Assembly (NCBI GenBank): GCA_907165135.1
Contig: OU015568.1
Location: 12,896,001 to 12,960,000 of the forward strand
Reading direction: 5' to 3'
DNA length: 64,000 bases
Origin: Oikopleura dioica
Taxonomy: Eukaryota; Animalia; Chordata
Shown: positions 1 to 14,103 of the stretch, piece after piece
Layout: every line of letters starts with the position of its first letter
Numbering within the stretch: position 1 is the stretch's first letter
Translations under genes and position numbers: made by a program
The notes under the pieces: generated by a model
Told to the model about the DNA's origin: nothing
Databases searched by the model: none
What the model saw: the letters and a program-made list of their open reading frames with translations, nothing else

Positions 1-2502
1 TTGAGAACTTTTAAATTAAAATTTAATTTTAATTAAAAAGTCTCAAGTTTACAGATTTTATCGTAAAGTCCGTTGCGATAGAGGATGTAATTATGAGTCC
101 ACCAAATGGTTAGATAAGGGTCCGTGTAATCCCCGAATAACACAGATTTCAACTTTTATCTTTTTGTTATGCGTTGAGTTTCGACCAAGTGGCTAGCTAT
201 TATTTAACGATTGATGAGAATTTGGCACTAAAAAGAGTGGTTGGTATAAACTCCAGGGCCTTCTAGGAATAAGGAGGACGAACTAAATTAAGATCACTGA
301 AAGGGTCAGTCGAAGATGCTCACGTGTGGAGCGTCGTGATGATCGAGCGAGGAATTTTATGAAAATTCTTGTGGTTAGGCAAGGGCGTGCTTGGTACGGT
401 AGAAGCGAGATTTTATCAACCGGATTGGATCTAACTTCGAATCTGACGCTTTGACAGGCGGTCGAAACGTAAAGTCTACACGGTGAATTTCAACGCATCA
501 CCCAGTCGCTTTACGCACCTGAAATTCTCGATCTCAAAAGGAAGGGATCATCCTCTAGCCCTGGAGCAAAAAGCTAGTTATAAAGTAAAACCGCCAGGGC
601 TAGTTTAAGCCAAGTTGAGCCCCTCCTGGGTCCCGATAACCACTTTACGGTTCAGTAGTTGTCCTAAAGCGTTCATGAACCCGTCTGAGTGATGAGCGGA
701 TCATTCTTCAAATTAGCCAAAAATTTGTAAATTGGCTTAGATAGAAAAGTGCTGACGTCCCCTAAGTCTCCAACGAGACATAAATTGCACGGTGGTATTT
801 TAAACCGCCGGCACTTACGTTTTTTAGAAAATAAGAGCAGCATAATTTTAGCTCTGCGGGCGAGTTAAGGTGACATTTTCCCAGATTGCATAAAATTTGT
901 CAGTTTTGAGCCCGCCAGGCTGGCCGAGAGAAAAATATAAACCAAACATTTAGGCCTTGGCGTCAAGGAGCTGTTTATTTGCCTGCGCGCCAAGATTGGT
1001 GGAGCTTCTTGAGCAGTAACCCAGTTATATAAGGGCGGTGGCTGATTTAGCATTTGTTGTCTACCGCAAAAGCGGTTCCGCCCAGCTAGAGGAAGAAGCC
1101 TTCATATCCTAATTATCTCCATTACACAACGTGGTGTCAGTTGTAAACACATTCCTGGCGGTGCGCTCGTTTGCGCCGTGTCGCGATATGCATTATTGAC
1201 TTGACCTTCTTGGGCACTTCCTGTTTGCACGCCGGTCCCATCCCCTGAGACCTTGGAGATGCCGTTCTGAGTGAGCGACTCTTCCACCTGATGGCGCTTT
1301 CGGCACTTTGATATCGACGATCCCATCCCGTGGAGTAACGAGGTTTAGATCTTCGCAAACTCTCTCGATATTCGCTTTTCTCTGCAGTTCATTTGCGTTA
1401 ATTGGTGGAAATAGGTTTACGACTGCTTTTTGCAAGGTGCAGTAATTTTCCAGAGCAAGGGTATTTGGTGTTTGCGCGCGTCGCCCGGCCGAATTTCGGG
1501 CTCGATTCAGAATTGAAGCACCAAGCGGTTCGGGGCAGGGCACCAACACCACCACCGCGCCCGCACGCCATACAATCCGCTGCCTGATCACCGAGGCCAC
1601 TGCTTCACAAGCCAGGACCGCTAATGCAAGCCACCTACACACGCACGCATTCACTGATCGCTCACATTCCGATTCCAGAGTTGCCATCGCAAAAGTTCAT
1701 CGAGGATAAATCCGATCAGCTAAACGCGCCGTTTCCTTTTAATCTTTGCAGAGGGATAATCCAATGTTCAAAGCAGATCAGAATTGAGAGGATTCCGACT
1801 AAGTAAGCCTCGGAAGAACATGCTTTCTATAATTAAGTTAACATCGCGCGTTGTATGAAACCTACCCAAAACACTAATTTCCTTTTAAAAATCGACAAAT
1901 AGGGCAGCGTGACATTTTCAGAAGGAAACACCTAATTGCAGCATTTTTCGATTATTATCTCATTATGAAATGCTGAGATATACACGTTACTTAATATCGA
2001 GTGAGCGGTGATTGCACGAACCCGCGGATAATCCGCTAATCCGGATCTGCCCATTTTTACACGTTCTAAACGTTTAAATCTGAAATAGCCATGTTCATGC
2101 TCAACTAAAATATGCTTCAACGTCAGCGTGCGGTGGTAAAGGTCTACTCGAGATGCAAAAGATGACCGCACATCTGTCAGATGGCCGATGGGCTCTCTAT
2201 GGTAATGTTATATAATCTCACTTTGGTTAGGCTCGCACGTAAAAATATTTCACCGGCGAGATCAGTTAATTTCGTGCAAGCTGCAAAAATAAAAAAAATG
2301 AAGAGAAATGCACAAAAATGTTAATTTTTCAAAAATATGCTTAGATGAAATATAAATTTATAATTTTAGAATTTTGAGTTGTCGAATGATCAATAATTAC
2401 TTTTTTTTCGGAATAATTCGTTTATATTACAATCAGTTTTTTTATTTAATTAACTTGTTTTTCAATTTTCAATCACCAAACATATACAGAGTAGAAATGG
2501 CT

Positions 2503-3466
2503 TTAGCAATTTCCGATTGGTTTAACGGACCCATCATCACAGCATTGTTGATTGCCGTCATTGAAAAGTTTGAATCCGCCATCGTTGTTCTTGCAGCATC
2601 GTTTTTCGCCAGGGCTAGCTGTTCCTGATGCGAATCGAATGGTCTGAGATATGCCGTCACTATCTAGCCATTTTGAGATTTTGTCAGGACACGAGAAAGA
2701 ATCTTTGGCTTCAAATAGGACGACATCGTCGGCGACAATTTGCCAGTTCTCCCCGCTGAACCTAATCATCACGCCAGATTGAGTGTTTTCGAAGCAATGA
2801 TTGTTATTGTAGAATTCGGAATGCAAGGAAAATCGGGAACCCGAGAGAGAAGTAGTTGAGCTGGCAATAAGGAGATCTTTTGTCGGACAAGCATTTGCTG
2901 AAAATAAGTTTCAAAAGACGTCGTTACTATCAAACTTACGGCAAATTTCATTCTGGAAAGGAGCTGGCCCAATACCACCGTCGATAAACCAGTGAAAGGG
3001 ACCGTTATTTTTAGTGTCCTTGACTTTTGCATGGTCGATGGCAAATTGTTTTTGACATTCGCACAAGGCGCGTTTGCACGTTCCTTGTTCATTCGTGCAT
3101 TGTCCATCCTCGTGAGTGTATCGCATGTCGAAGCCCTCTGGAATGCATTCTTCTCCGAACTCTTCTCGCACACATGCGAGACAATCTTTGTGAGCCTTGC
3201 AAACTGCATCGGACGCATCTAGTGGTCGTGACCCAAATCCTGGCTGGGAGAATTGACGATCACCCTGTATAAAGTTGCAAAAGCAACCATATGCTCCATC
3301 AAGTTGGCTTGCAGCTAAAATATAGATAAAAAGACCTATTCAATTTTCAGAATAACTTACTTTCGTCATAAAAGCGGTTCAACTCTAAAGCATCGCCGTA
3401 GAAATCCGTCGCTCTTCTCTGCCGACTTGCGCCCGTGAGAACAACGAGGAGAGCGGAAGTCTTCAT
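2503..3466 (-). CDS. Secreted phospholipase A2-like protein (probably inactive) with Cys-containing C-terminal extension; 3 exons
   Basis: Manual splicing with GT-AG introns 3315-3360 and 2898-2939 gives MKTSALLVVLTG...YGCFCN...PLDASDAVCKAHKDCLAC...ALCECQKQFA, the sPLA2 cysteine skeleton, followed by a tail ending KRCC...QCC...GNC*. Confidence 0.85.
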
Positions 3467-4985
3467 TTTCCTAGTTTGTATACAAGTCCAAAATTATCTT
3501 TTGGATCTTTCGACTATTCTGAATCGTCTTCATCGCCTCGTATTTATAGCAATTTGTAATCATAAAATCGTGTGAGCGCCGCGTGTGTTGGTGTGCCGTA
3601 AGCTGATGCGATCTCCAAGATGGGTACTTTGGTGTTTTCGCTTTCTGCGTAACCATTTTCTCCCTGTTGCGATGGGAAACATTGCGGGCCAACCCAATTA
3701 TGTCCGTTTCACAAAATTAACAAGATTCTCAGTTTATGACGAAACACGGACTTAATGATATCAACGAACGTCAAGTTGCTTGATCAGCGAATTCAGACAT
3801 GTATTGGTCATTTTAGATAATAATTATAATAATGATGAATAAACAAATCTAACAGTTCCATAGAAATATAATCACTGATTGAGAATTTTTAACGAAAGCT
3901 GTCATTTCTCAGAAGCCAAGCGAACCGCTAGAGAAGTATTGTCGAATTCAGAATTTGTAACGTTCCATTTGATCGTTGTGCTGACATGTAAACACAGCGT
4001 TTCACGATCAACCATATGAAAAGGATTTGTGCGCAACTTTGGCGAAATTCTACGATAGTATTGTCCCAGATTTTAAGCTCATTAAATTTTGGAATCGCCA
4101 TGAATCCCTCCAATGGCATAGTATTTTAAAAACCCTTACTGATTTAAGTCAATTCTATTAAGTCCCTTCTAAAATTTTAGCTCTCATTTCTGGCTTTCGA
4201 AAACAGTGACTGTTACAGTCGTAAACCAAGTTGAGACTCATTTAAATTGACATTAAAATGTCGAGAATACAACTGTTTCATCATCGCCGGCATATCTCCG
4301 GAAATCAGGACAATCCAGAAACTTTTATGGCACATTCGACGATTTAGTTACTTCGACTTACCCAGCTTCTTGAGCTTTCAATAAACTGATAAAGATTTCC
4401 GATTTCTGTTTTTCAAAAAGTTTGCTTTCCGACATCTATTCCTGCCTCTTGCTGCATGCGATGCAATAAAAGTGTACACAAACGACTGTTTTAAGCTGGG
4501 TGTTTGAGTTTAGTTTTTTTTTCATGTTTTAAGGTTGGCAGTCGCAGATGTCACGCCTGGGTCTCGTCCTTGATCTGGTCAGGCTTGATCTGTTCTCGTG
4601 CTAAATGACAGGAATTAATCTTAACCTAACTAGACAATTACTGAGAGCTGATAGATGACGACGAAGCTAGACATGATGAGTGACTATTCTAGTGATAGAA
4701 GCTTGGTTAGATTTTTTTGAAATAAATATAGACATAAATAGAACTTCTCAACCACCTTAAAACTACCTATCTACACAGACACACCCTAAAATTTGAACCT
4801 AATTCATGCTCCTACCACTAGTTAGGTTTCTTAATTGACATTCGAGTTGATATAAATGAAGAGGTAAATGCAAACAAAGAAATATGAAAATAAAGAATTG
4901 TTGATGATGATACTGTTCGAACTACTGTAGTAATTAAACGACAATGACACGTTACGAGACGTATATTGAAGGAAATACTAAAGTG

Positions 4986-6258
<1,273 letters not shown>

Positions 6259-6343
6259 TCTAAAAAGCATCACCATGATCTTTCTCTTAAAAAATGGCAG
6301 TCTTGAAAACTTTGAACCAGAAATCTTTGCATCACTTTTTGAA

Positions 6344-8554
6344 TCAACTCGTCGTCGTTTGAGACATTCGGTGTGTCTCAATCACCAGCGGAGCATTATT
6401 TTTAACCGTGTTCTCCATGATGAGAATGAGCGCTTTTCGATCAACTTTCAAGTCTCGAAGAACTCCTCGTGTCATTTCATGAAGCTTCTTGACCACAGGG
6501 AAGTAAACAGGGTCTTTCTTGTCTAGTTTGATTTTTGATAGCTCTTTCTTTATCACGGCTAAAACGTGAATCAATAAACAACATTATAATCAATGAACAG
6601 GTGACTAGCAATTATGATGTCTGCTAGAGTTTAGTACTAACGAACGATAATGCGCTCTCGCGAAGCTCACCTAGGATTGCTTTCTTTTTCTCTGACCCAC
6701 TAAACTCGACAGGTTTCGAGCTATTTATTGGAGTGGCAGGCGGTCTAAGAGACGGAGTCTCATTCCTCAATGATTTTCTTCCAAGGTCCGATTCGGTAAG
6801 TCTCCTGCTGATAACTTTTGTCGAGGAGGATGATGACCGTTTGAAGGAGAGGCGTTGCTGGGCGGAAGGTGCTACTCTTGTTTGCTGTTTGGCGTTTTCC
6901 TTTTCAGTCGCGTCCTTTATTCGAGAAGAGCGAGAAGAAGTAGACAATCTTGAGCGTGAACGTGGTCTTGTGGTAATCGAGTTGAGTCGTTTGATATTTT
7001 CCAGCTCGCTTGCCTTTTTGGAGGAAGCAGACGCGGTCTCGAATGGTCTTTCTGTCACGACTGCAGTCGGCTGGCTGTGTTTGGCTGAATAATTTAAGAT
7101 AAAGAAAATATCAAACGTTGATCTGGAAACTTTCATTTTATCGCTATCATAAGAGCTCTTAATTATGTAAAATTGCTTACACATTATGCGCTTGATTGGC
7201 GACGGGGGAGAGGATTTCGAAACCGCATCACTTGCGACCGACGAAACGCTATCTTCAATTGCTTTTGTATTTGCAACAATCTTCCCAGGAGAAAAGAAAA
7301 CTGCGTCTAATTCGGGCGGCTTCACCGCTGGTTCATCATTTCTTACAATTAAAATGCATTTATGACTGAATAATGATCTTAACTCACCTCATATTATCCA
7401 TTTCGGACTTGAGCGCATCTCGCAGCGAGACATGTTCAAACGATACCGGCTCAGAGCACTCGGTCATTTCTAATTCAAGGCGCTCAAAGTTGAAATTCGG
7501 ATCAGTGAACATCTCTTCGCAAATTATTCCAGTGGTTATCTGCTTGAGTCCTTTGATTGGCATTGAACTTTTCTCAGAAGGCGAGCTTTGAATTCCGAGC
7601 AACGTGAAGCCCTCTAAGTCAGATTTGAAAAAATCTAGGGTTTCTTTATAATCACCTTCAGTTGGCATGAGCGCCCAATAACATGTCTTCATATAACCGT
7701 TAGTACTTAGAATCATCAGCCCTCCATCAAGCATCGACTTTAATGCTCGTTCGACTCTGCCAGGAAGAATAACTTCCAATTCGATTCCGGTAAGATTGTT
7801 GAGGTTCAAGTTAGATGATGCGTTGGACCAGAGAATGTCGATAAAGCGAGCAGCATTTCGTTGAGTGTTGGGGAGATACATGTCTACGCTGACTGGATCC
7901 ATGGAATGAGCGATCATTGAGAAGACTGTGGATTCAAATGGAAGACAAAAGTCGAGGTAGCAAGACCACGGGTACGGATTCGCTTCCGTTACAGGGATGA
8001 TCGTTTTGCCGAAGCTTCCGAGAGCTTCAAATAGTTCCTTTTAGAGCTAAATGACTGAACTTTGTAATAATATTAAAATAATCCATTAAAATCGTCATTT
8101 TTCTTCGTTCCTGAACACTTTCATCAACTTCTTGTGGGTTCGATGAGGCCACTCTAACGATGACTTGCCTCTTGTAGGTAGGTGAAGTTCTGTCAATCAG
8201 CAATTTTAAAATATCAACCATCCAGGGCTCATTTGGGACTTCATCGAGAATAAGAAAGATAACGATTGGGCACTTTTCTTTTGCATAATCTACAAGTTTT
8301 TCTAGGGCTTCAGGAACATAAGCATGAGGAAGCGTGTGTATAGTTGGATTGGCCCGGACAGACCAGCTCACTAGAAAGAGACTGCATGATGGTAGATCTT
8401 TAGAAAGCATTATCACTGTTTTACCTTGGCGGAGTTCTTCATTTGGCTCATCTGGGACGGCCTGAATTCGCGCTGTATGCCGTTTTCCACCGAGAGAAGA
8501 CTTCGTCTCAGGCGGGAAAGGCCCGCACGAGAGAAACAAAATAAAGTCATCCAT
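6344..8554 (-). CDS. MTBP: MTBP (Sld7-like)-related protein, divergent
   Basis: The spliced C-terminus [15 protein letters not shown]...[38 protein letters not shown] matches the recalled MTBP C-terminal domain (L[KR]DLK...M..T..NNA..VI[DE]). It is preceded by an S/R-rich linker and globular N-terminal ORFs 7384-7917 and 8027-8554. The N-terminal part is not independently recognised. Confidence 0.7.
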
Positions 8555-8649
8555 CCGAGTCCATCTAGAAATCTTTATGATAAGATAGGCAGGTCGACAT
8601 AAATGAGATGTTATCAGTTACAGGAAAGCATTGAAAAAAGAAAGAGCGA

Positions 8650-10340
8650 TCACCAGCCATATTTCATAGCTGTAGTTCGACTGCTCTGCTTCGCGTTTGA
8701 CCAAAGTTGATTTAATCGGGTCTCGTTTGCCTTCGCCAACTCCACGAGATACTTGAGCTGATGCGTTCTCTTTGACACGTGCGCATTTGGATCTGAATAG
8801 GTAATACGGTAAACTTGCGTGAAATTGAATTTGTGTTTCGTTACCGCTCTTTCGCATCTCTTTGACTGGATCGACCATGGAGGTGGAGACGTGTTTCTGG
8901 TTGGCACTCTTTCTGATATTCTCGCGGATGTTGCCAAGAGAGTTGTCCACGACTGCATCGACGAACTGGACCTCTTCTCGTCGCCGTCCCTGAAGAAATA
9001 ATTTTTCAACTTTCATATCATTTATAATTTGAGTAAATTGATTGGGTAATGCGAAATCAAAACAAAGAACCGAGGTATTTTACGACGTAAATACATAGTA
9101 GTAGCACTGGGTGGTTACTCACTTGTAGCTTGGAAATCGCTTGACGATCAATGTCAAGGCCAGCGTCAGCGGCTGAAATCTCCTCGTTTGTTGGAACGCG
9201 ACCGGCGATTGATTGGAAACTGCTCAAATCGTTGCCGTACGGAGCAATTGCTGCGTTTGCCTAAAACGATAAATTCAAGCACAAACAGAACATAAAATCG
9301 TTCGTGAAAGCACTTGTTATAATAGTAAACGCGGAAAAATACCAGACTGTTATATAATTCACACGAAAACTCAGACTTACGCTCTTTGACTCCGAGTCAA
9401 AGTCTTTTGTGATTGATTTCTATTCAAATTCAATTATTTCCACATTCCTGGATTTACATAAATTTAAATCAGATACTGACCTCATCGGGATGACGTGTTG
9501 ATCCATGAACAGGAAGTGGCGCCGTATCGATTTGATACTTTTCCCTTTCGCCAAGAGAAGGCCTTACTGGGCCAACTGGCATCATTGGTGCATGCTTCTT
9601 AAGCTCTTCGGCGTCTTTTTCTTTGGAGCTGAAGGAAAAGAATCCTCCTTCATCATCAGAATCGCTATCTTCCGCTTCGTTTACAATCGGCGGCGGTTTA
9701 GCGACTATGGGAGCAACTGGCTTCTTTGGTTGAGGTTGTGGACGGTTCTTGACAGAGTTCGGCATAAACGAGCTCGTGCTTACAAGACCAGAAGGCTTGA
9801 CTGGCTTTATTTCTGGCTCAGATGCTGATGATGAAGACGGCCCGTCTGATCTTGAAACTGCTGGCGCGTTGATTTTTCCAGCAGGTATCTCTTTCTTTGG
9901 TTTCGGAAGAGCACTGAACAGCTTCGATCTTGTAGCAGCTGGTTGCATCTTCTTTCTCTTTGGCTTTTCCGCCTCTGCCTCTTCCGTTTCAAACTCGTCC
10001 AAATTCGGTGCTGTGATGAAAATTCTCTTTTTAGATCCAGTAGCGGCGGCTTTTGCGCGTTGTTTGCTCAACATCTTGAGTTGGTACTCTGATGCTAGAA
10101 TGGAACCGCCAAGCGAGCCGGCACCTGACGAGTTCCATGAAGAATTCGTTTTTGGAGCGGTAGCTGCTGGTTTTGGAGCCGCTTTTGGGGCACTTTTTGC
10201 TGGTGGGAGGGACAGAGATGGTTTCTAAAGAGAGTAAATCGACAGAAAAGTACTACGAAATGTACCTTCACTTGTGGCGCTGGTGCTGAAACTTCCGTTT
10301 CGTCCTCCGAATCCGAGCCATATGCGACGAGTCCGTTCAT
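8650..10340 (-). CDS. PRCC: Proline-rich mitotic checkpoint control factor PRCC
   Basis: N-terminus MNGLVAYGSDSEDE, Pro-rich middle with KLFSALPKPK, C-terminus KRTHQLKYLVELAKANETRLNQLWSNAKQSSRTTAMKYGW typical of PRCC_C. Confidence 0.88.
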
Positions 10341-10645
10341 TTCTTAACAATATCGAGCGATTAGGATCATCCACAGCCTCCTTCCAACAAGAACCTCTGA
10401 TTTGGGAAATTCTCACAAAATGGACCTTGACTCCTTCTTACGAATACGATTGGCCACAAACGAGCTACTCTGCCCTGCGGTGAAGGGTTGAGGTTTCGAT
10501 TGTATGGTGGGATTGTCGTATCGGTGTACAAAAACTATCCTGTGCACGTGAACTTCCAACCAAAACAACCTCTTCAAGTCAATGGCAAATTTATCTTTCA
10601 GTCACTCAAGCGAAAAAAACGAATCAGGTGTTCAGTTTTAACGGT

Positions 10646-10988
10646 TTATTTCTTTGCTTCTTGACTCTTCACAACTTTCAAACTTGTTCCAGCTTTATCT
10701 GCACTAGCCAAGCACTAGAAACAGTGTTAAATCCCGAGCATTTATAGATTCAAGTGATACCTGGGCTTCAATGTTCTTGTTGATACTTTTGGTCAAGAAC
10801 TTTTGGGTGCTCTTTGTGTGGATTTGATCAATCTTAATCATTTTGAAAAACAAGAAAACTAGAATCATTTATACCTTTTTGGACTTGACTTGTTTTTTGA
10901 GCCCCTTCTTCGTTCGTCCCTGCTTGGCTTTGATACTTCCAGCAGACTGTTTCTTCTTTTTTGCTCCGACTCCTTTTCCTTGCGCCAT
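10646..10988 (-). CDS. C19orf53: UPF0390 / C19orf53-like small basic protein; 3 exons
   Basis: Manual splicing gives MAQGKGVGAKKKKQSAGSIKAKQGRTKKG...KFLTKSINKNIEAQCLASADKAGTSLKVVK*. The MAQG start and L...I.K.IE motif fit the family. Confidence 0.75.
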
Positions 10989-11110
10989 TCTGAACGAAAA
11001 CTAAAGATGAACAATTTGAACGGAGGAAGAAGGATAAGCTCCCCCGGAACATGTGACATTTTTACTAAACGGTGAGTGTGGCAGTTGGTTACAGTTCAAC
11101 ATGGAAGCTT

Positions 11111-12960
11111 TTATCCTTTCCAAAGTTTCAGCAGTCCGTCTTCTGAGAAGGTGGCAATCAAGTTCGAATGGGGATGATGAGAGATGCCGATAACGTCTTG
11201 TTCGTGGACGATGAGTGTCCTTTCTAGTTTTCCTAAAACCGAAACTCGGATAAGATCATGTCAGTCACCGATGCTTTACCTGAATGAGTTGAGAAACAAT
11301 ACAAAACCCTATCTTCTCCAATGCAATAGAGCCACTCGCCACGTGGCGACAGTGTCGAGCACACAAAATCACCTCCTTGTTTTTACCTTGAAGAAATCGG
11401 ATCAACAGTAGTTTCAAAAAATTAGAGTTTACCAGAAGTGAAGGACTTGACAATTTGGCCCTGCATATTCATGATTACAACAGTATTTGAGCGATTGGTG
11501 ACAACAAATTGGTCGTTATTTTTTGGCATCAGAGTGACCGAATGGATCGTAGCGTCGTTTCCGCCGAGCGACTTGAAGGTCGAAATGCACTCTAGTGTTT
11601 TGATATTCCAAATCTAAATCAATTCATTATTATTTCTGTATGACCAAAGGTCTTTTTTACTTTAACAGTTCCATCAGAAGAGCCTGAGATAATCATGTGA
11701 CCATCCGCAGAGAAGACAGCCTCGTTGACGAAGGACACGTGACCCTTGAATTCCTTGAGTTGCTTTCCAGATTTGAGTCCGTGAATGCGGACGGTGTTAT
11801 CGAAACTGCCACTGAGAATTTGCGATCCATCTTTTGAAAAGTTCATCGAAGTGATACCCTTTGAGTGGGCTCGCTCAAAACGACGAAGACATTGGCCTGT
11901 AGAGATTTTCCAAACCTTGAAAGGACGTTTTATTGTATAAATTTACAATTCTAACGCTACCTTCATTTTTCCACCCTGGTCGCCAGTGCAAAGCATTTCG
12001 GAGTCCCTCGAAAACGTCATCGACAAAATCGCCTGCTCCATCATCATATAATTATCCTGCGCTTGGTACTTGAGATCTTTTCTGATCTTTCCCGTCAAAT
12101 AATTCCACACTTCAATAAATCCATCAACTGAGCCAGTAACAAGGTACTGCCCGTCGGGAGAAAATCGCGTCGTTTCCACATGGCTTGATTAAATTTTCGT
12201 TGACTGACATTTGGTTGTTCCAATATTACCTTTTTGAGCTGAATTTGATGGTCTTGCTGAGCACCGAAGGGTATTTTTCATTCTCTTCAACTTTCGACTG
12301 TGCTTTTCCTCGAAAGAGATCGATTTGCGATCCTGGAGGAAGAATTCCCTGATGCTGTTGCCATTTCAATGCCTGTCCCAGAAGAGCAATCAGCCTCGAC
12401 GGTGGAACAACTGAAACTTCTTTCGCTAGTTGCGCAGCAATGTGTTGCCTTCGTTTGTCTTTTGTTTGTCCGTCTGGATAAGCATCTCGCGCGTCAAAGT
12501 ACGGTCGAGTTAGAACGTTTTCCAGATGCATGTATCGTTCTGGCTGCATGTTTTTCAGGGCTGAAAACAAACAATCAAAAGCCATCTTGAAAATGCAAAA
12601 GTTTACCAATCATAGGATCTGTCTGTCGAAGCAAAGACCTCGCAGCGCCAAGTTCTCGTAGCTCGATGAGTTCAATCGTTATCTGTTCGTAGAGATCGAT
12701 AAGGACCCGATCGGGCAGTTTGAGACTCGATATCGTATTGAGAACAACATCCCAGTGCCCTAAAAGTCTGCATCAATAATAAGTCACATCAAATCCTTAC
12801 CGTTTGTAATGTCGGTAACAAATGAGTCAATCGAGTCAACAGTATTCAACGATACTTGCGATTCTTCTTGCAGCACTTGGAGTGTTCTGTGGAGACGGTT
12901 CTCCTTGCAAAATTGTTCAATTAACCTAATAACATCTGGCGATTCGATTTCAAGCGACAT
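11111..12960 (-). CDS. SMU1: WD40 splicing factor SMU1
   Basis: [17 protein letters not shown] (LisH), [46 protein letters not shown]-terminus DGLLKLWKG*. Confidence 0.95.
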
Positions 12961-13207
12961 TCTAAACCACTATGAATCAATGGTGGTTCTAATTTCTCGA
13001 GTTTATAATTATTCTCTATTTAAAATGGCCGGTTGAGTCACAAGGCGACCTACGCAAAAATTTTATCAGCTTCTTGGTTCCTATATTCAGTAAGATCTAA
13101 ACAGTAGAAAAAATATACAGATTGAAGAATGTGCATTCGTATCATTGATAATTAGGGATTCAAGGCATTTGTTCTAGACATGTGTTCTGGCACTGGGATA
13201 GATTCGT

Positions 13208-13960
13208 TCATGCTCTTGTTCTGTAAGAGTTGATAGTCATGTATCTCGACATTGTTATGTAAAACAGGCGATACCAGACGAGCTGACTTCTGTGACAGAA
13301 CATGGCTTTTACTGAAGGCCAACTCCCTTCTACGACGTATTGGAGACCGCTGAAAAGGTTGAGAAGAATACATCAAATCAGAAACTACCTGGTGGAAGTT
13401 ACGACAAGATCACATGTGGCGGAATACTTCCTCAGCAGGTGAACTGATTCAAGATACAACACGCGGACCTTTTCACTCTTTTTGACCTCGGAGCAGCTTT
13501 TGTGATTCAAATGTCCACTGACACCATACGAGTCAAATGTAACCACCACCGAAGCGTTGAATTCTAAAATAAACATCGAGACTGAAATCAACAAAGATAA
13601 GCTACCCGAAACTTGTGCTTTAACGTATTCTTGGACTTGATGTCTATCCCATCTTTCCGGACCATCATCAAACTTAGCTACACACTCTCCTTCCGCGCCG
13701 TAGGCTTTTACGGAATTCATGAACTCCTTCTTACGCCTTTCACCGAGGCCATCATAGTTTCCGGAAGAGAGGCAGACAATTTTTACGGGTATATTTCGCT
13801 TTTTCAAATGCAATATTGTCGGCCCAAAGAACATGCATTCATCGTCTGGGTGCGCTGTTACAATCAGAACGCGATCTGTTGAGTTGAACGGAGACTCCTT
13901 TGGTTGGAAAACAATCGCCATGATGACCATTGCTACTAAAACGATCCATATTCCGACCAT
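13208..13960 (-). CDS. PIGL: N-acetylglucosaminyl-phosphatidylinositol de-N-acetylase
   Basis: N-terminal TM segment, AHPDDE and [14 protein letters not shown] catalytic motifs; last exon [18 protein letters not shown]. Confidence 0.93.
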
Positions 13961-14103
13961 TCTTAGAACAAAAAAAATCTAATCAATAAATTTGTTGAAA
14001 TTGGAACAGTTTGAACTGAGGATTGAAGAATTTTTTCTAAGCAACTAAATCACGCATTGGATCGAACAGTGGGTAATCGCACATAAATCAGGAATAGAAG
14101 AAA

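Noticed and set aside
10341-10645. 305-nt spacer with short ORF-like stretches on both strands
   Set aside because: No recognisable protein or RNA motif, and a similar-sized gap exists between PHF12 and PTGR2; likely UTR.
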